Positions 1 to 9,561 of a DNA stretch of 64,000 nt are shown here, one piece after another. Origin of the DNA: a virus; IMG/VR virus record IMGVR_UViG_3300004184_000006, positions 1 through 64,000 of that record, one strand, 5' to 3'. The translations under genes were made by a program, and so were the position numbers. The first letter of the stretch is position 1; the number at the start of each line of letters is the position of its first letter. A model generated the notes under the pieces. That model was not told where the DNA came from. It ran no database searches and saw only the letters and a list, made by a program, of their open reading frames with translations.

Positions 1-1
1 C

Positions 2-1225
2 ACCGAGACCATATAGAGACTGCAAATAGGTGTGCGTGCCTGATTGCGTCCCTGTCGTTATTACACGCGTACAAACGCCAAAAATCGACGTTGTTAAATA
101 AAAAGTATTAGCATCTATTGGCTCAACAAAATAATCAGTCCCCGTGCTTAAGCCTGTTGGCAGTGCGCCCGTGGTAAAAAGCCTTAACCGCTCGCCCCCT
201 GTAAAGCCATGCGTTGTTTTTGTAAACACACCTGGGCTTGCGATTGTGCAAGTGAATGTTTGCGCCGTAAATCCTTGGCTCGTTACCCACAAGTCGAATA
301 AATCCGCATAAGTGGTGCGAGACAATACAGACCCGTCAAAAACATAACCAGCGGGCGCAACAGTAGAGCTTCCAGTATAAGGGAAAATAGTGCCCACAGG
401 AACAGCCGAGCTGGACTCATCAGGGTTTTGCAGGATAACCTTATCGAGCGTCGAGCTGTATTTAAACTGAGCAATCATGCCAGTCACTAAATTAGCTGCT
501 CTTAATGCCGTACCGCCTATTTTTACAATAGTCTTGGCCGCTAATCCGCTTGGACTAACTGTTGGTGTAGTCGTCGTGTTATTTGCCGTGATTTTGGCAA
601 AAAATGTCATCCCGTCAACCCATGCACTATAAGCAGGTGTATATGTTGCTGTAATAGCGTTTGCCGTGCCGCCAGCGATAGCGTGATTATAAATGCAGTT
701 CTGCACACCTGCTTTAGTTGCCCATGCCGCCGCTCCATGTGCATTAACATCGTTGTTATGCGCGGTAATGGCATTGGTTACATATTGAAACGTAGCCAGA
801 TTTGCAGTATCAAAATTTAACGTGACAGTTGATGTATTAACCCGCTTAATCGGGAATATGATTTGCGTTTCAATCGCCTGCCCAGAGGATAAAATGGATT
901 TTGATATTTCACAGTTTCCTGTGTACATGACAACGCCAGCATTGTCTAAAATCCTAAACTCTCGAATAGTCCAGCCGCCGATGTTATACGGCAAAACGAC
1001 CTCGACATTATCAATAGTCGAGTCTAGCGGATCAACGGTTATTGAGTTGATGCTTGCTAAATGAACTTGGTGGACAATCGCGCCGTCATTGATAGACGGG
1101 GTGAAAAAAACGCCGTTATTGTCGCCTAGTGCCACTTGAGATAGCACGGTAGCCAAAGCGTTCGCTTCATTGTAGGCGTATTTCGCCGCACCTGTTGTTG
1201 TTAATAAAGAGCTGTAAATACTCAT
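2..1225 (-). CDS. Tail fibre protein (3' end runs off the window; not in ORF track)
   Basis: Hand translation MSIYSSLLTTTGAAKYAY...VALGD...GGWTIREFRILD (DUF3751-type fibre N-terminus), later a tail-collar-like VPVGTIFPYTG...PAGY...SRTTYADLF; ATGA overlap with upstream stop. Confidence 0.88.
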   Translation of the reverse strand, partial: MSIYSSLLTTTGAAKYAYNEANALATVLSQVALGDNNGVFFTPSINDGAIVHQVHLASINSITVDPLDSTIDNVEVVLPYNIGGWTIREFRILDNAGVVMYTGNCEISKSILSSGQAIETQIIFPIKRVNTSTVTLNFDTANLATFQYVTNAITAHNNDVNAHGAAAWATKAGVQNCIYNHAIAGGTANAITATYTPAYSAWVDGMTFFAKITANNTTTTPTVSPSGLAAKTIVKIGGTALRAANLVTGMIAQFKYSSTLDKVILQNPDESSSAVPVGTIFPYTGSSTVAPAGYVFDGSVLSRTTYADLFDLWVTSQGFTAQTFTCTIASPGVFTKTTHGFTGGERLRLFTTGALPTGLSTGTDYFVEPIDANTFYLTTSIFGVCTRVITTGTQSGTHTYLQSLYGLG

Positions 1226-1953
1226 ACGCTTGTGCTTAATTTAATGGTTGAAATTACTTTAATTGATGATGCTATGTGCAAGCCCACCGCTTCTACTGAT
1301 TGAATTGGGTCGGTCTCTCTAATGACTATCTTCTGCCTGATTTTTATTCCGCACGCCACATAGTATTTACATGGAATCTCTGCTAATAGTGCTAGATTCA
1401 ACAGCATCCGCGCTGGAATAACGGAGCGCAAAACTGGATTCATTGCGATAACCGACTCAGGCGTTACTTGGTGGTAATCAAGCGATATTCTTATTCTGCT
1501 GGTCAGAAAATAATTAGCGTCAGCCGATGCAGACGGTATTAACTTGGTCGGGTATGGGTATGATTTGTGCTGGGCTAACTGATTTAAAACCCATGCGTTA
1601 GGGAACAACAACTGCAAGTAAGTACGCAAAAAATGCAGTCCGCGCCCTTGGTTGTTGCGAGACTTCCAAGCGCGGTATAAGTAGCGCGTTGCCGTTTCCT
1701 CTCTATCACCCGCTAACAGCACAAGGCCGTCATAATTAACCGCCTTACGCACTAAATTAAGCGACCCAATGTGCGCCATGCCAAGTACGTTTGCATCAAA
1801 AACCGTTTCTGCCATCGAGTCGGTGAACAGCTTAATAAACAGATTTCTAAGCTCGTTTTCAATATCAAAATTTGACTGCCCTGCACTGTTGGCAAGTGGC
1901 TTTAAGGCAGGTAGCTTGGCATTAGGAAAATCCATGCTTAGCGATTCCCCCAT
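1222..1953 (-). CDS. Baseplate wedge / tail protein (P2 gpI-like position)
   Basis: Between baseplate J-like gene and fibre; RGLHFLRTYLQLL and VIPAR motifs typical of gpI-like subunits. Confidence 0.6.
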   Translation of the reverse strand: MGESLSMDFPNAKLPALKPLANSAGQSNFDIENELRNLFIKLFTDSMAETVFDANVLGMAHIGSLNLVRKAVNYDGLVLLAGDREETATRYLYRAWKSRNNQGRGLHFLRTYLQLLFPNAWVLNQLAQHKSYPYPTKLIPSASADANYFLTSRIRISLDYHQVTPESVIAMNPVLRSVIPARMLLNLALLAEIPCKYYVACGIKIRQKIVIRETDPIQSVEAVGLHIASSIKVISTIKLSTSV

Positions 1954-3428
1954 CCGCCTACGGTGATGTTTTTCGTGGTCACGGTAACGGTTAGGCTGTC
2001 AGTTGAAATATAACGCCACAGTTCAGGGCGTAAATTACCAATAGGCGCGGCAATGGCTACCGTTAAATCAGCTCTACCGTCTGATAATTCAGGAATTTTA
2101 GACTTCAACAGCGCGTAAACTTCACGATAAAGCGGCTCATTGCTACCGCGTTTTGAGGCCGCCGCAGTTTCGCCGTATTCTGTCAGTATCGCGGTAATAA
2201 TCTTTGCTCGCACATCGCTGGCAACATAACTGGTTGATACAACTGCCGTTATCGTGGTCGCTATTTTTGAGCGTACAGGCGTATAAAAAACAACCTTATA
2301 TGAATCATCGGCATTTTTAATCGCCGTTTTGATCGCGGTTTGGGTGGCTGTTAAGCTGGTTATTACTGTCGGGGCAACGGGGGCGGCTGGGTTAGGTTCG
2401 GTCAATACGGTCTCTGTACCATCAGCCGATAAAACAGCGACAAATAACGCATTAATATTATCAACGCTTGCTGTCCGCGCAACCTCCTCAATCGACTCAT
2501 TCCAAACAGACAGGAATTGCACGGTAGGGAACTGGTAACGCACTAAAAAATCGAACTCACCAAGGAAAACAGCATTGTGGTCATACACGCTAGGATATTT
2601 TGCTAAGTCGCGTAACGAGGTCATATCTATAGGATTTTGCCCACCATAAACAAGCGTGTTCATTTTTAGCGTAACCAGTGAGTCATTAACCGTTTGCGTA
2701 TATTCAAAGCTAAACGGCGACTGATAAACAGGGGCAAGCTCACCCATTGAGCGATAAACAATAATAGTAATCGCCACGCCGTCAAGCGGTTGAGTGCCTA
2801 CAATGTCTTTTTGCCCGAAACGCACATAAACACGCTGATTATCATCGGCTTCAACGTGATAAATACGCTCACCTGGAAATGTATTGGTGTAGCGTTCCCG
2901 ATATGTGTATTCACCATCTACGTCATAAACGGATAGCGAGCTTAAAAAGCTGCCGTCGTCCGATGCTGGAATCTCAATGGCATAATAAGGAACGCTGCCC
3001 GTTACCGTGTGCGTGACGGTTTCGCTTTTTAACTGCAAAGCATCAAAGTAACCCGTTGCACCTGCGGCAATTGTTGCCGATGTTTCAGCGATATAGGCAT
3101 TACCTACTGAGTCAAGCAGGGTTCTACCTGTATCAACGGTGTACGGGGTTAGGTTGTCGTTCTTTACGCTGATATTAACGCGAGCTGGATTAGCCTTACG
3201 GATAATTCCACGCATGGCAGCATCGGCAAGAATGGTAGCATCCCGCGCCTTGTCGAAAGGCTCTGTCATTGCAACTTCAATCTGTGCTGATAGCGCGGAA
3301 AGCATGGCCGCCATAGAGTCAAGGTGTTGCAATATGCGAGGATCGCCAGCGTTGTAATACGGGGCAACCGATGGGAAATTGGCGATTGAATCAGCTATTT
3401 TTTGCTGAAAATCCGATTTAGTTAGCAT
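1938..3428 (-). CDS. Baseplate wedge protein (J-like / P1 BplA-like)
   Basis: 496 aa; VYVRFG, YGGQNP and AVFLGEF motifs of gp6/J-like wedge proteins; synteny. Confidence 0.75.
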   Translation of the reverse strand: MLTKSDFQQKIADSIANFPSVAPYYNAGDPRILQHLDSMAAMLSALSAQIEVAMTEPFDKARDATILADAAMRGIIRKANPARVNISVKNDNLTPYTVDTGRTLLDSVGNAYIAETSATIAAGATGYFDALQLKSETVTHTVTGSVPYYAIEIPASDDGSFLSSLSVYDVDGEYTYRERYTNTFPGERIYHVEADDNQRVYVRFGQKDIVGTQPLDGVAITIIVYRSMGELAPVYQSPFSFEYTQTVNDSLVTLKMNTLVYGGQNPIDMTSLRDLAKYPSVYDHNAVFLGEFDFLVRYQFPTVQFLSVWNESIEEVARTASVDNINALFVAVLSADGTETVLTEPNPAAPVAPTVITSLTATQTAIKTAIKNADDSYKVVFYTPVRSKIATTITAVVSTSYVASDVRAKIITAILTEYGETAAASKRGSNEPLYREVYALLKSKIPELSDGRADLTVAIAAPIGNLRPELWRYISTDSLTVTVTTKNITVGGWGNR

Positions 3429-3721
3429 TATGCACCATCCACAGAAAACGCCGTACCAGCGACTTCAACAATTAAATCCATGCGATCAACACCCGATGTA
3501 ACGGCGTAAATATTAGTAGTGCCACTGGGCATGATTTGCAAAACAGGCACATCACCGAGCATCTTGTTTATTTGCTCATCGGCACGACCGTCATTTTGGG
3601 CGCGTTGAAGCAGGGACTTTAAATCCTGTCCGTAATCTGAACCGAAGTAGGCGTTAGTTGGCGTTGATAGCCAATGCCCAACCATGTCCTGAATGTCTGT
3701 GCCTGTAATTTGTGTATTCAT
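3428..3721 (-). CDS. Baseplate gp25/W-like sheath initiator
   Basis: 97 aa; WLSTP..AYFGSDYG resembles the gp25 TP-GER...-YG motif; precedes J-like gene. Confidence 0.65.
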   Translation of the reverse strand: MNTQITGTDIQDMVGHWLSTPTNAYFGSDYGQDLKSLLQRAQNDGRADEQINKMLGDVPVLQIMPSGTTNIYAVTSGVDRMDLIVEVAGTAFSVDGA

Positions 3722-3728
3722 GGCACAT

Positions 3729-3768
3729 AGTTTAATCAGTGCCTAGTCGGTTATTAGGTGGGTTTTTC
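3729..3768 (-). promoter_or_regulatory. Putative late promoter 1 (baseplate/fibre operon), apparently leaderless
   Basis: GAAAAACCC (3768-3760), 25 nt spacer, TAAACT (3734-3729), then 7 nt to ATG 3721. Confidence 0.8.
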
Positions 3769-3778
3769 CTGATTTTAT

Positions 3779-3807
3779 TTGACAGAGTTAATTATCGGGA
3801 ATATGCT
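3779..3807 (+). promoter_or_regulatory. Sigma70-type promoter for the C4-RNA / secreted-protein unit
   Basis: TTGACA-17 nt-TATGCT. Confidence 0.75.
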
Positions 3808-3907
3808 TATCTCGCTTTCACCGCATTGTGGAAGTCGGGAATGCAACCCCGCAATTACAAAACGGATGCCAGCGCATCACGCGCTTTTTTTATGCCCGTC
3901 AGTTTAT

Positions 3908-3983
3908 GATGGTCTGGCACAGGCTCACTTCGCGGTGAGGCCGCTTCTGTTTTGGCGGTAGTTGCATCCTGTGTCAGATTGTC
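3908..3983 (+). ncRNA. C4-type (P1 c4 / P4 CI-like) antisense RNA
   Basis: 16-bp closing stem GATGGTCTGGCACAGG/CCTGTGTCAGATTGTC enclosing two hairpins. Loop TTCTGTTTTG is complementary to CAAAACGGA upstream and CAAAACAGGA downstream; unpaired GTTGCAT is complementary to ATGCAAC upstream and GCAAC downstream. Confidence 0.8.
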
Positions 3984-4034
3984 GCCCAACGCAACACCAA
4001 GCGACAGTCTTCTTAAATCAAAACAGGAACAACA

Positions 4035-4463
4035 ATGAAAAAGCTAATTTTATGTTTAGCGTTATTAACCGCTACACCATCAATCGCATTCGCCGATGAG
4101 TCAGTTGATTTTAACGCGGTATCGAATGAAATGCTGGGCGCATACAGTATGTACGAAAATGGCTCTACCGCTATGTTGAGTGTTGAAAACAAGTGCTGGA
4201 ACTCGCTACGAAGCGTTGACATGGCGAAGGCTAAAGCCTGTGTTTCGTACACGCTTGCAGGCGGCATTATTGAGGCTACTTATGCAAGATCACAGGGAAG
4301 ACAACCAACGCCAGATTACACGGGTGAGTTTACCGTACCTAGATTCACAAAAAACCTTAAAGCCGCTGGATTTTCAGCATCACAAATAGAAGAAGCAACC
4401 GATTACGTTCATGGCAACAGTAATTTAATTATTATTGGACTTGCTAACGCTGGAATGCGCTAA
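4035..4463 (+). CDS. Secreted/periplasmic protein, function unknown
   Basis: Sec signal MKKLILCLALLTATPSIAFA; two Cys in the mature part. Confidence 0.8.
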   Translation: MKKLILCLALLTATPSIAFADESVDFNAVSNEMLGAYSMYENGSTAMLSVENKCWNSLRSVDMAKAKACVSYTLAGGIIEATYARSQGRQPTPDYTGEFTVPRFTKNLKAAGFSASQIEEATDYVHGNSNLIIIGLANAGMR

Positions 4464-4486
4464 CCTTTAAATCAAAGAGAAAAACA

Positions 4487-4852
4487 ATGAAAAAATTAAT
4501 AGTTTTACTGGGCTTGCTTGTTGCGTTTTCGGCTAGTGCCAAGGATTGTGAAAAAGAAGCTTATGATGGCGGTATGGCAGCCGTTCGAGACTGTATTGCA
4601 TCTCAAAATGAAGATCAAGTAAATAAGGCTTATCAACAGTTATTGCTGGCTCACAAAGGAAGCGATGCAGCCATTCAAGCAGCTAAAGAAGCGCAAGACT
4701 CATGGGGAAAATTCAGGTTTTCCACTTGTGAGTATATTGGAGAAACAGTTAATAAGGACGAACAGGCTGGCTGTATTGATGACTTCAACAAAGCCCGCGT
4801 AAAGATGCTTAATCAGTATGCAAAACAAGCTAAAGAAAACAAATCAAAATAG
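4487..4852 (+). CDS. Secreted LprI-like (DUF1311) lysozyme-inhibitor-family protein
   Basis: Signal peptide; DC...C...N.AYQQL...AQ.SW.KFR..TC...C..DFN.AR pattern matches recalled DUF1311 helices. Confidence 0.7.
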   Translation: MKKLIVLLGLLVAFSASAKDCEKEAYDGGMAAVRDCIASQNEDQVNKAYQQLLLAHKGSDAAIQAAKEAQDSWGKFRFSTCEYIGETVNKDEQAGCIDDFNKARVKMLNQYAKQAKENKSK

Positions 4853-4942
4853 CTGATTAGCTCAAGATAGTGTAAAATTATTTTTCAGTATGAAAAACGG
4901 AACTCAACACCGTAAAAGTTGAAGCACGAGTGAACCTGACAT

Positions 4943-4979
4943 AAAAAACCCGCAAGTCGAAAGGCTTAGCGGGTTTTTT
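4943..4979. terminator. Bidirectional intrinsic terminator
   Basis: A6-CCCGC...GCGGG-T6 between convergent genes. Confidence 0.85.
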
Positions 4980-5010
4980 ATTGCCTATCAATTTGTGACT
5001 AGATGGCTAT

Positions 5011-7569
5011 TTATATCCCGCCAATACCGCCTTGCGCAATGTGAGCTAAAGACCTATCTGGCAAGCCCTGCCCAATATCACTAACCATGATAGGCATAGG
5101 TGTACCTCGTGAATCGCCCCCTGTTAGCGGCATAATGGTTGGTGTGGATTCGGCTATCTTTGGCACTCTAGGCATGGAAGGCATGGAAGGGGATGGGTTG
5201 CTTACTGATACCGTTTGCGGGGCTACAGATGTTGATTTTGGAGCGGCGGCGGCTATTTGTTCTGCGGTTGCCGCTGTATTTTGTTGAGATATTACGCTTA
5301 AATTTTCTTTCTCTCTACCAACGCTACCAACTAAGGTGTTTAGCTTATTATAATACCCAGCTCGTCTATTATCATGCGATCTCCAATCAAATTTAGCCCC
5401 GCTTCGTAATGTATCTTGACCATACGCCCATTTAATGTATCCCTTGCCAAGTTGTTTGGCCGCAGTTTCAGAATCGACATTTTTATTATCCATAAAATTA
5501 CCTAATCCTTTGTATTGACCACTCTCCATTTCTTCTTTGGCGAATTTAGCTTGTTCGTTCAATGCTTCTTGAGAGCGAACAATATTACCTGAGCTATCTA
5601 ACAAGCCTTTTTCTGCCAATCGTTTTTTTAATGCTGTAGAGCGAATACCCTGCCAACTAAAAAAACCTGTGTTAGTCGCACCATTTGCGGCATCTGTATG
5701 TGAACCAAAAACATTTTTAGGATTATAAGCATTCTCCCTGCCAACTTCCGCCGTCAACGCCTTAGCTTGATCTTCGCTAAAGCCAGCATTTGTAAACGAC
5801 GAATAAACTCCTTTCATCATGTCACTTTGTTTCTCACTAACTTTAGCTACTGAGGTATTGCCTTCGCTTGCATTAGCGGAAGAAACAATAGCATTGCCTA
5901 TTTTTCCTGCTACATCACCTATTCCACCAACAACAGCACTGCCTATTCCCTTAGCACTATCCCACATTTTAGCAGTGAAACCCTTAACGGTATCGGTAGC
6001 TTCTGTGGCTGATTTTTTAGCACTTTCGGCAAAATCGGTTACTGCTTGTTTAGCTTTGTCTGCTTGGTCTATTGCTGGCTGCGCTAATTCTTTTGCCTTA
6101 TTGCTAACCGTATCAATTGCTGCTGGTATGTCGATACCAAACTTATCTTTCATAAAGGTTGAAAATGAGGTAAATACCTCACCAGCAAACTTCATTACTG
6201 CATCGAATTTATCCCCAACAAAGCCGAATATTGATTTTGCAAAATTGGCTACGGGTTCGAATTTTTTAATAAACCAGTCGAATGCCGACGCACCAACAGC
6301 AACAATTTGATTCCATCCAGCGGTGAGCATAGGCATGATTGCACCCGCCAACCATTCTGTAAAAGCACCCCATCCATTAATAACTGACTGACCAACTGCA
6401 TTGCTTAAATCAATAAATACACCGCTGATAACGCCAAGAGCATCAATAGTAAGCTGTCCGACATTATTTATCAGGTCTATAAGTGCTTGCCCTGGGTCAT
6501 TGATAACCCCCATTACAGGAGCGACAATATTCTCGCTAGTCCAGTCTACCGCTTTGTTATAGCCAGCACTTTCTTTTAACCATCCGCCGATTGAATCAAC
6601 AACGGGGTCAATAAAATTCGCTTTAAGTCCCTCAAAAAATTTGCCACCATCTTTGGTAAACAAGCCCCAACCAGCTATAGCCGCTGTAGCAACACCTTGA
6701 ATTAGCCCCATCAAACTAAAACCGCTATCCCCGCCACCAGAATTTTCTGAGGTATTTTTCTCGGTTTTTTTCAGCGTGGAAAATATTTTCTTTAACCAGC
6801 CAATCATCGGCTTGTCTTGTTTATTGCCACTGCCAAACAGGAATTGATAGCCTTTAGCCAATGGTTCAACGGTTTCCTGAAAAGCTTTAACCGTCGGATC
6901 AACTTCCTCTAGCCCTTGGGTATCCAATGCGGCGGTTATTCTGTCGCCTAGACCATCAAACATACCTCCTAGTCTGGACTCATTGCCGCCATCTTTGGTG
7001 TCTTTGTCTAATCCGTTGCCAGAAAATTGACCGCGTGAATTTCTGATGCGCCCGCCGCCGCCCGCACTTTCTCCCGCATCGGTAGTGCCTTCATTGTTAC
7101 TTAAAAACCGACCTCTTGAGTCGCGGGCGCGGGCTTCTGAATGAGCATTTAATTCTTGGTTATCCGCTGATAATGGGGCAGGGCTTACCGATGGCGAGCT
7201 ATTATCAGTCGGGGGGATATTATTTTGAGTATTTGCTGAATTAGCAGAAGGTGTGTCGCTATTTTGCAAACCTAAATTTTGAGAGCCATGATTGCCCGCT
7301 TCCCCACTGGATTCATTGCCAGTATTTCGACTGCGGTTATGCCGTGTATTGCTTTGTTGCTCGCCATTTATAGATTCTGAGTTGCTTGCTTGGGCAGGTG
7401 GGGCAGGTGGATTAACAGGGCGCGGCTGCGTATCACTAGGCTTGCTGCCCAGCATTTTTTTAATTTCCCTGACTTCCTTGAGCAATAAAGCGGTATTTTT
7501 ATTAGCCCGCTTAATGTCTTGTATGGTTTCTCCAACTAAAAAGCCGTGTTCATCTTGTTGCAATGCCAT
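5011..7569 (-). CDS. Tape measure protein with C-terminal phage tail lysozyme domain
   Basis: Trp/Phe-periodic helical middle; GFSEDQAKALTAEVGREN...GFFSWQGIR (Phage_lysozyme2-like); low-complexity N-terminus with two R[DN]SRG[RQ]F motifs. Confidence 0.75.
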   Translation of the reverse strand: MALQQDEHGFLVGETIQDIKRANKNTALLLKEVREIKKMLGSKPSDTQPRPVNPPAPPAQASNSESINGEQQSNTRHNRSRNTGNESSGEAGNHGSQNLGLQNSDTPSANSANTQNNIPPTDNSSPSVSPAPLSADNQELNAHSEARARDSRGRFLSNNEGTTDAGESAGGGGRIRNSRGQFSGNGLDKDTKDGGNESRLGGMFDGLGDRITAALDTQGLEEVDPTVKAFQETVEPLAKGYQFLFGSGNKQDKPMIGWLKKIFSTLKKTEKNTSENSGGGDSGFSLMGLIQGVATAAIAGWGLFTKDGGKFFEGLKANFIDPVVDSIGGWLKESAGYNKAVDWTSENIVAPVMGVINDPGQALIDLINNVGQLTIDALGVISGVFIDLSNAVGQSVINGWGAFTEWLAGAIMPMLTAGWNQIVAVGASAFDWFIKKFEPVANFAKSIFGFVGDKFDAVMKFAGEVFTSFSTFMKDKFGIDIPAAIDTVSNKAKELAQPAIDQADKAKQAVTDFAESAKKSATEATDTVKGFTAKMWDSAKGIGSAVVGGIGDVAGKIGNAIVSSANASEGNTSVAKVSEKQSDMMKGVYSSFTNAGFSEDQAKALTAEVGRENAYNPKNVFGSHTDAANGATNTGFFSWQGIRSTALKKRLAEKGLLDSSGNIVRSQEALNEQAKFAKEEMESGQYKGLGNFMDNKNVDSETAAKQLGKGYIKWAYGQDTLRSGAKFDWRSHDNRRAGYYNKLNTLVGSVGREKENLSVISQQNTAATAEQIAAAAPKSTSVAPQTVSVSNPSPSMPSMPRVPKIAESTPTIMPLTGGDSRGTPMPIMVSDIGQGLPDRSLAHIAQGGIGGI

Positions 7570-7574
7570 CTACC

Positions 7575-7775
7575 CTACTCCTGACTTTCTATTTTTTTAA
7601 TCCCAGTCATTTCGGAAACAGCATCATCAACTGCTTTTAAATCTGGGTATAGTCTAATATGTCCACTGGCATTTGTTAGCGCATAAGCTTCTATCGCGCT
7701 TAGCGTATAACCCTTATTCAGCGCATTTTTCTCTACTTTTTTAAAATATTCCCTTGGCACGCGCTTATGATCCAC
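7575..7775 (-). CDS. Hypothetical protein
   Basis: 66 aa, coupled between flanking tail genes. Confidence 0.55.
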   Translation of the reverse strand: MDHKRVPREYFKKVEKNALNKGYTLSAIEAYALTNASGHIRLYPDLKAVDDAVSEMTGIKKIESQE

Positions 7776-8508
7776 CCATAAATGTATCTAGCTGAACAAA
7801 ACTCATTGTTATCTCTGCCATTGCTATTTCGCTACGCGACAATCCGATAGTAATGTTTCCAGCACGAAACAGCCCTTTTGACTGATAGCCGCCCTTGTTG
7901 GTTTCACTGGAACTAAAAGCGTGAGTTACCTTTATTTTAATTGCGTAGTCATTAGGCAATCCAACCGTGCCATCACTTGCAGAACACGCAACCGCATGGG
8001 CTTCAAACCAGCGTTTTATTGAGCCGTTCACGTCATCCAGCGTGGTAATTGACATTTCAACTGGATCGCCAGAATTAACCAGATCAACGTGGGCCGAACC
8101 GATTTGCTTCTTTTCTCCAGTTATTGTAAATGGCGAGAAATCCACGTTATAGGCATACATATTGAAGATGTCAAAATCACCTTTTAATGCGCTTGACACT
8201 TCAAGTAGCCACAGGTTTTTATAGGCAAAATCAATACCAGCGTGTTGTCGGTATCGGTTAAGGGCCTCGGCTGGCGATAATCCGCCAAGCATTGCCGTTG
8301 GGGTGTTGAAGTGGTTATTGCCAAACCTTCCACCGCCACGCGCATTTAAAAGACGCTGCCCCGCGCCTATCAGATTCCCATCCTGAATATCCTGAAAAAC
8401 ACTTGTGCCTGTACTGATTGCCTGTCTAGCCACCGATGGTATTGCGCTGGAAATTGACTGACCGAATCCGCCGCCTATTTTTTTCTGTACATCACTGAAT
8501 AGTGACAC
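7765..8508 (-). CDS. Tail tube initiator / baseplate protein (tube-fold)
   Basis: MSITTLDD.NGSIKRWFE...DGTVGLPNDY resembles T4 gp19/gp54-fold proteins; next to tape measure. Confidence 0.55.
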   Translation of the reverse strand: MSLFSDVQKKIGGGFGQSISSAIPSVARQAISTGTSVFQDIQDGNLIGAGQRLLNARGGGRFGNNHFNTPTAMLGGLSPAEALNRYRQHAGIDFAYKNLWLLEVSSALKGDFDIFNMYAYNVDFSPFTITGEKKQIGSAHVDLVNSGDPVEMSITTLDDVNGSIKRWFEAHAVACSASDGTVGLPNDYAIKIKVTHAFSSSETNKGGYQSKGLFRAGNITIGLSRSEIAMAEITMSFVQLDTFMGGS

Positions 8509-9134
8509 TACTTAACTCCCTTTGATGGTTGCGCTTTATCCTGACCGTTATACTGCCCATGAACTGCGTAACTCTTATTGAGCGGGACAGGGTCATGCTT
8601 AAAAAACTTTACCTGACCTATTTTCATTCCCTCAGTCAGTATTAATTTATGAAACTGAGTGTTATTTTTTAATTCAAGCGTTACTTTTCCACTAAAACAT
8701 GGGTCTATCCATCCAGCTAATTCATGCCCCAAAAAATTACGCCCTAAACTTGATTTAAGCGAGTATTCTGCACTCAACCAGCTTGGCATGTTGAGTGTTT
8801 CATGGGTACTGGCAAGTAGCACGGTATCGGGCATCATATAGCCGCTTGAATCCAATTCAAACGGTTCAGTGAGCTTGATATTTTCACCATTAACTAAATC
8901 CACTTTATCCATGCCGCCGCTTAAATCTTCAACACAGATAAACTTGTCCAGCGTTACGTCTATGCTTGTGCCGTTAATGTTTTTTCGTGGAAATTCAGTG
9001 TGGTACGGATAGCCTTGTTTTGTAACTGTAATAACCCCTAAGTCAACCAATACGCACAAATCGTTATAACTCAACAATCCGTTTGGAATAAACCAGCGTG
9101 GGTATTTTCGTTTTAACCAATTAAGAAGCGACAT
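8508..9134 (-). CDS. dcd: dCTP deaminase
   Basis: SIDVTL, LASTHE, KSSLGR, AGWIDPCFSGKVTLEL, GMKIGQ and YNGQ motifs. Confidence 0.9.
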   Translation of the reverse strand: MSLLNWLKRKYPRWFIPNGLLSYNDLCVLVDLGVITVTKQGYPYHTEFPRKNINGTSIDVTLDKFICVEDLSGGMDKVDLVNGENIKLTEPFELDSSGYMMPDTVLLASTHETLNMPSWLSAEYSLKSSLGRNFLGHELAGWIDPCFSGKVTLELKNNTQFHKLILTEGMKIGQVKFFKHDPVPLNKSYAVHGQYNGQDKAQPSKGVK

Positions 9135-9138
9135 TTAG

Positions 9139-9561
9139 TTACCTTGGGTCGATGTGGCCGCGTCTCTCTATGACGCTGGTTAGTAGTGTTGACAGCTCTC
9201 TAAATGCCGCAGTGCTTTCTTTGCGGTCGTTTTGAGCCATGACAGACAGCTTTTCTATTTGATCGGTAAATTGTCTGGTTATGCGCTCAATTGTTTCAGA
9301 GTGCATTTTGTCTTTGGCTTCATGCACCTTGTCATTATCCCTAATAACCCTTTCCATTTGGTCGGCGTGGGCATTCGACTTTAAGTCGCTTGCTTTCATC
9401 ATTTGCCATAAAACCAGCAAAAGTGCCACGCAAAAACCAGCAAAATACATATCCTTGTTGATAAGCGCATCAATTGCCCCAGACGGTTCGACGGTACTGG
9501 CCGCCGCCGTACTCACAAACCCAATGATAAAGAGCTTATAAAGTCTAATCTGTTTCTTCAT
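9139..9561 (-). CDS. Membrane protein (holin- or spanin-like)
   Basis: Two N-terminal hydrophobic segments followed by a coiled coil. Confidence 0.45.
   Translation of the reverse strand: MKKQIRLYKLFIIGFVSTAAASTVEPSGAIDALINKDMYFAGFCVALLLVLWQMMKASDLKSNAHADQMERVIRDNDKVHEAKDKMHSETIERITRQFTDQIEKLSVMAQNDRKESTAAFRELSTLLTSVIERRGHIDPR

Noticed and set aside
1-1225. Tail-fibre switching (P1 cin/cix) or diversity-generating retroelement
   Set aside because: No invertase, reverse transcriptase or repeat pair in the window; cannot be excluded beyond the left edge
3779-3961. 60-aa ORF resembling 'ash family' proteins
   Set aside because: Its TTG start is the -35 box, and the conservation is better explained by the C4 RNA and its target sites
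5087-7600. Plus-strand ORFs opposite the tape measure gene, and similar ORFs opposite darB, portal, sheath and int
   Set aside because: Antisense shadows of long genes with no RBS or recognisable motifs
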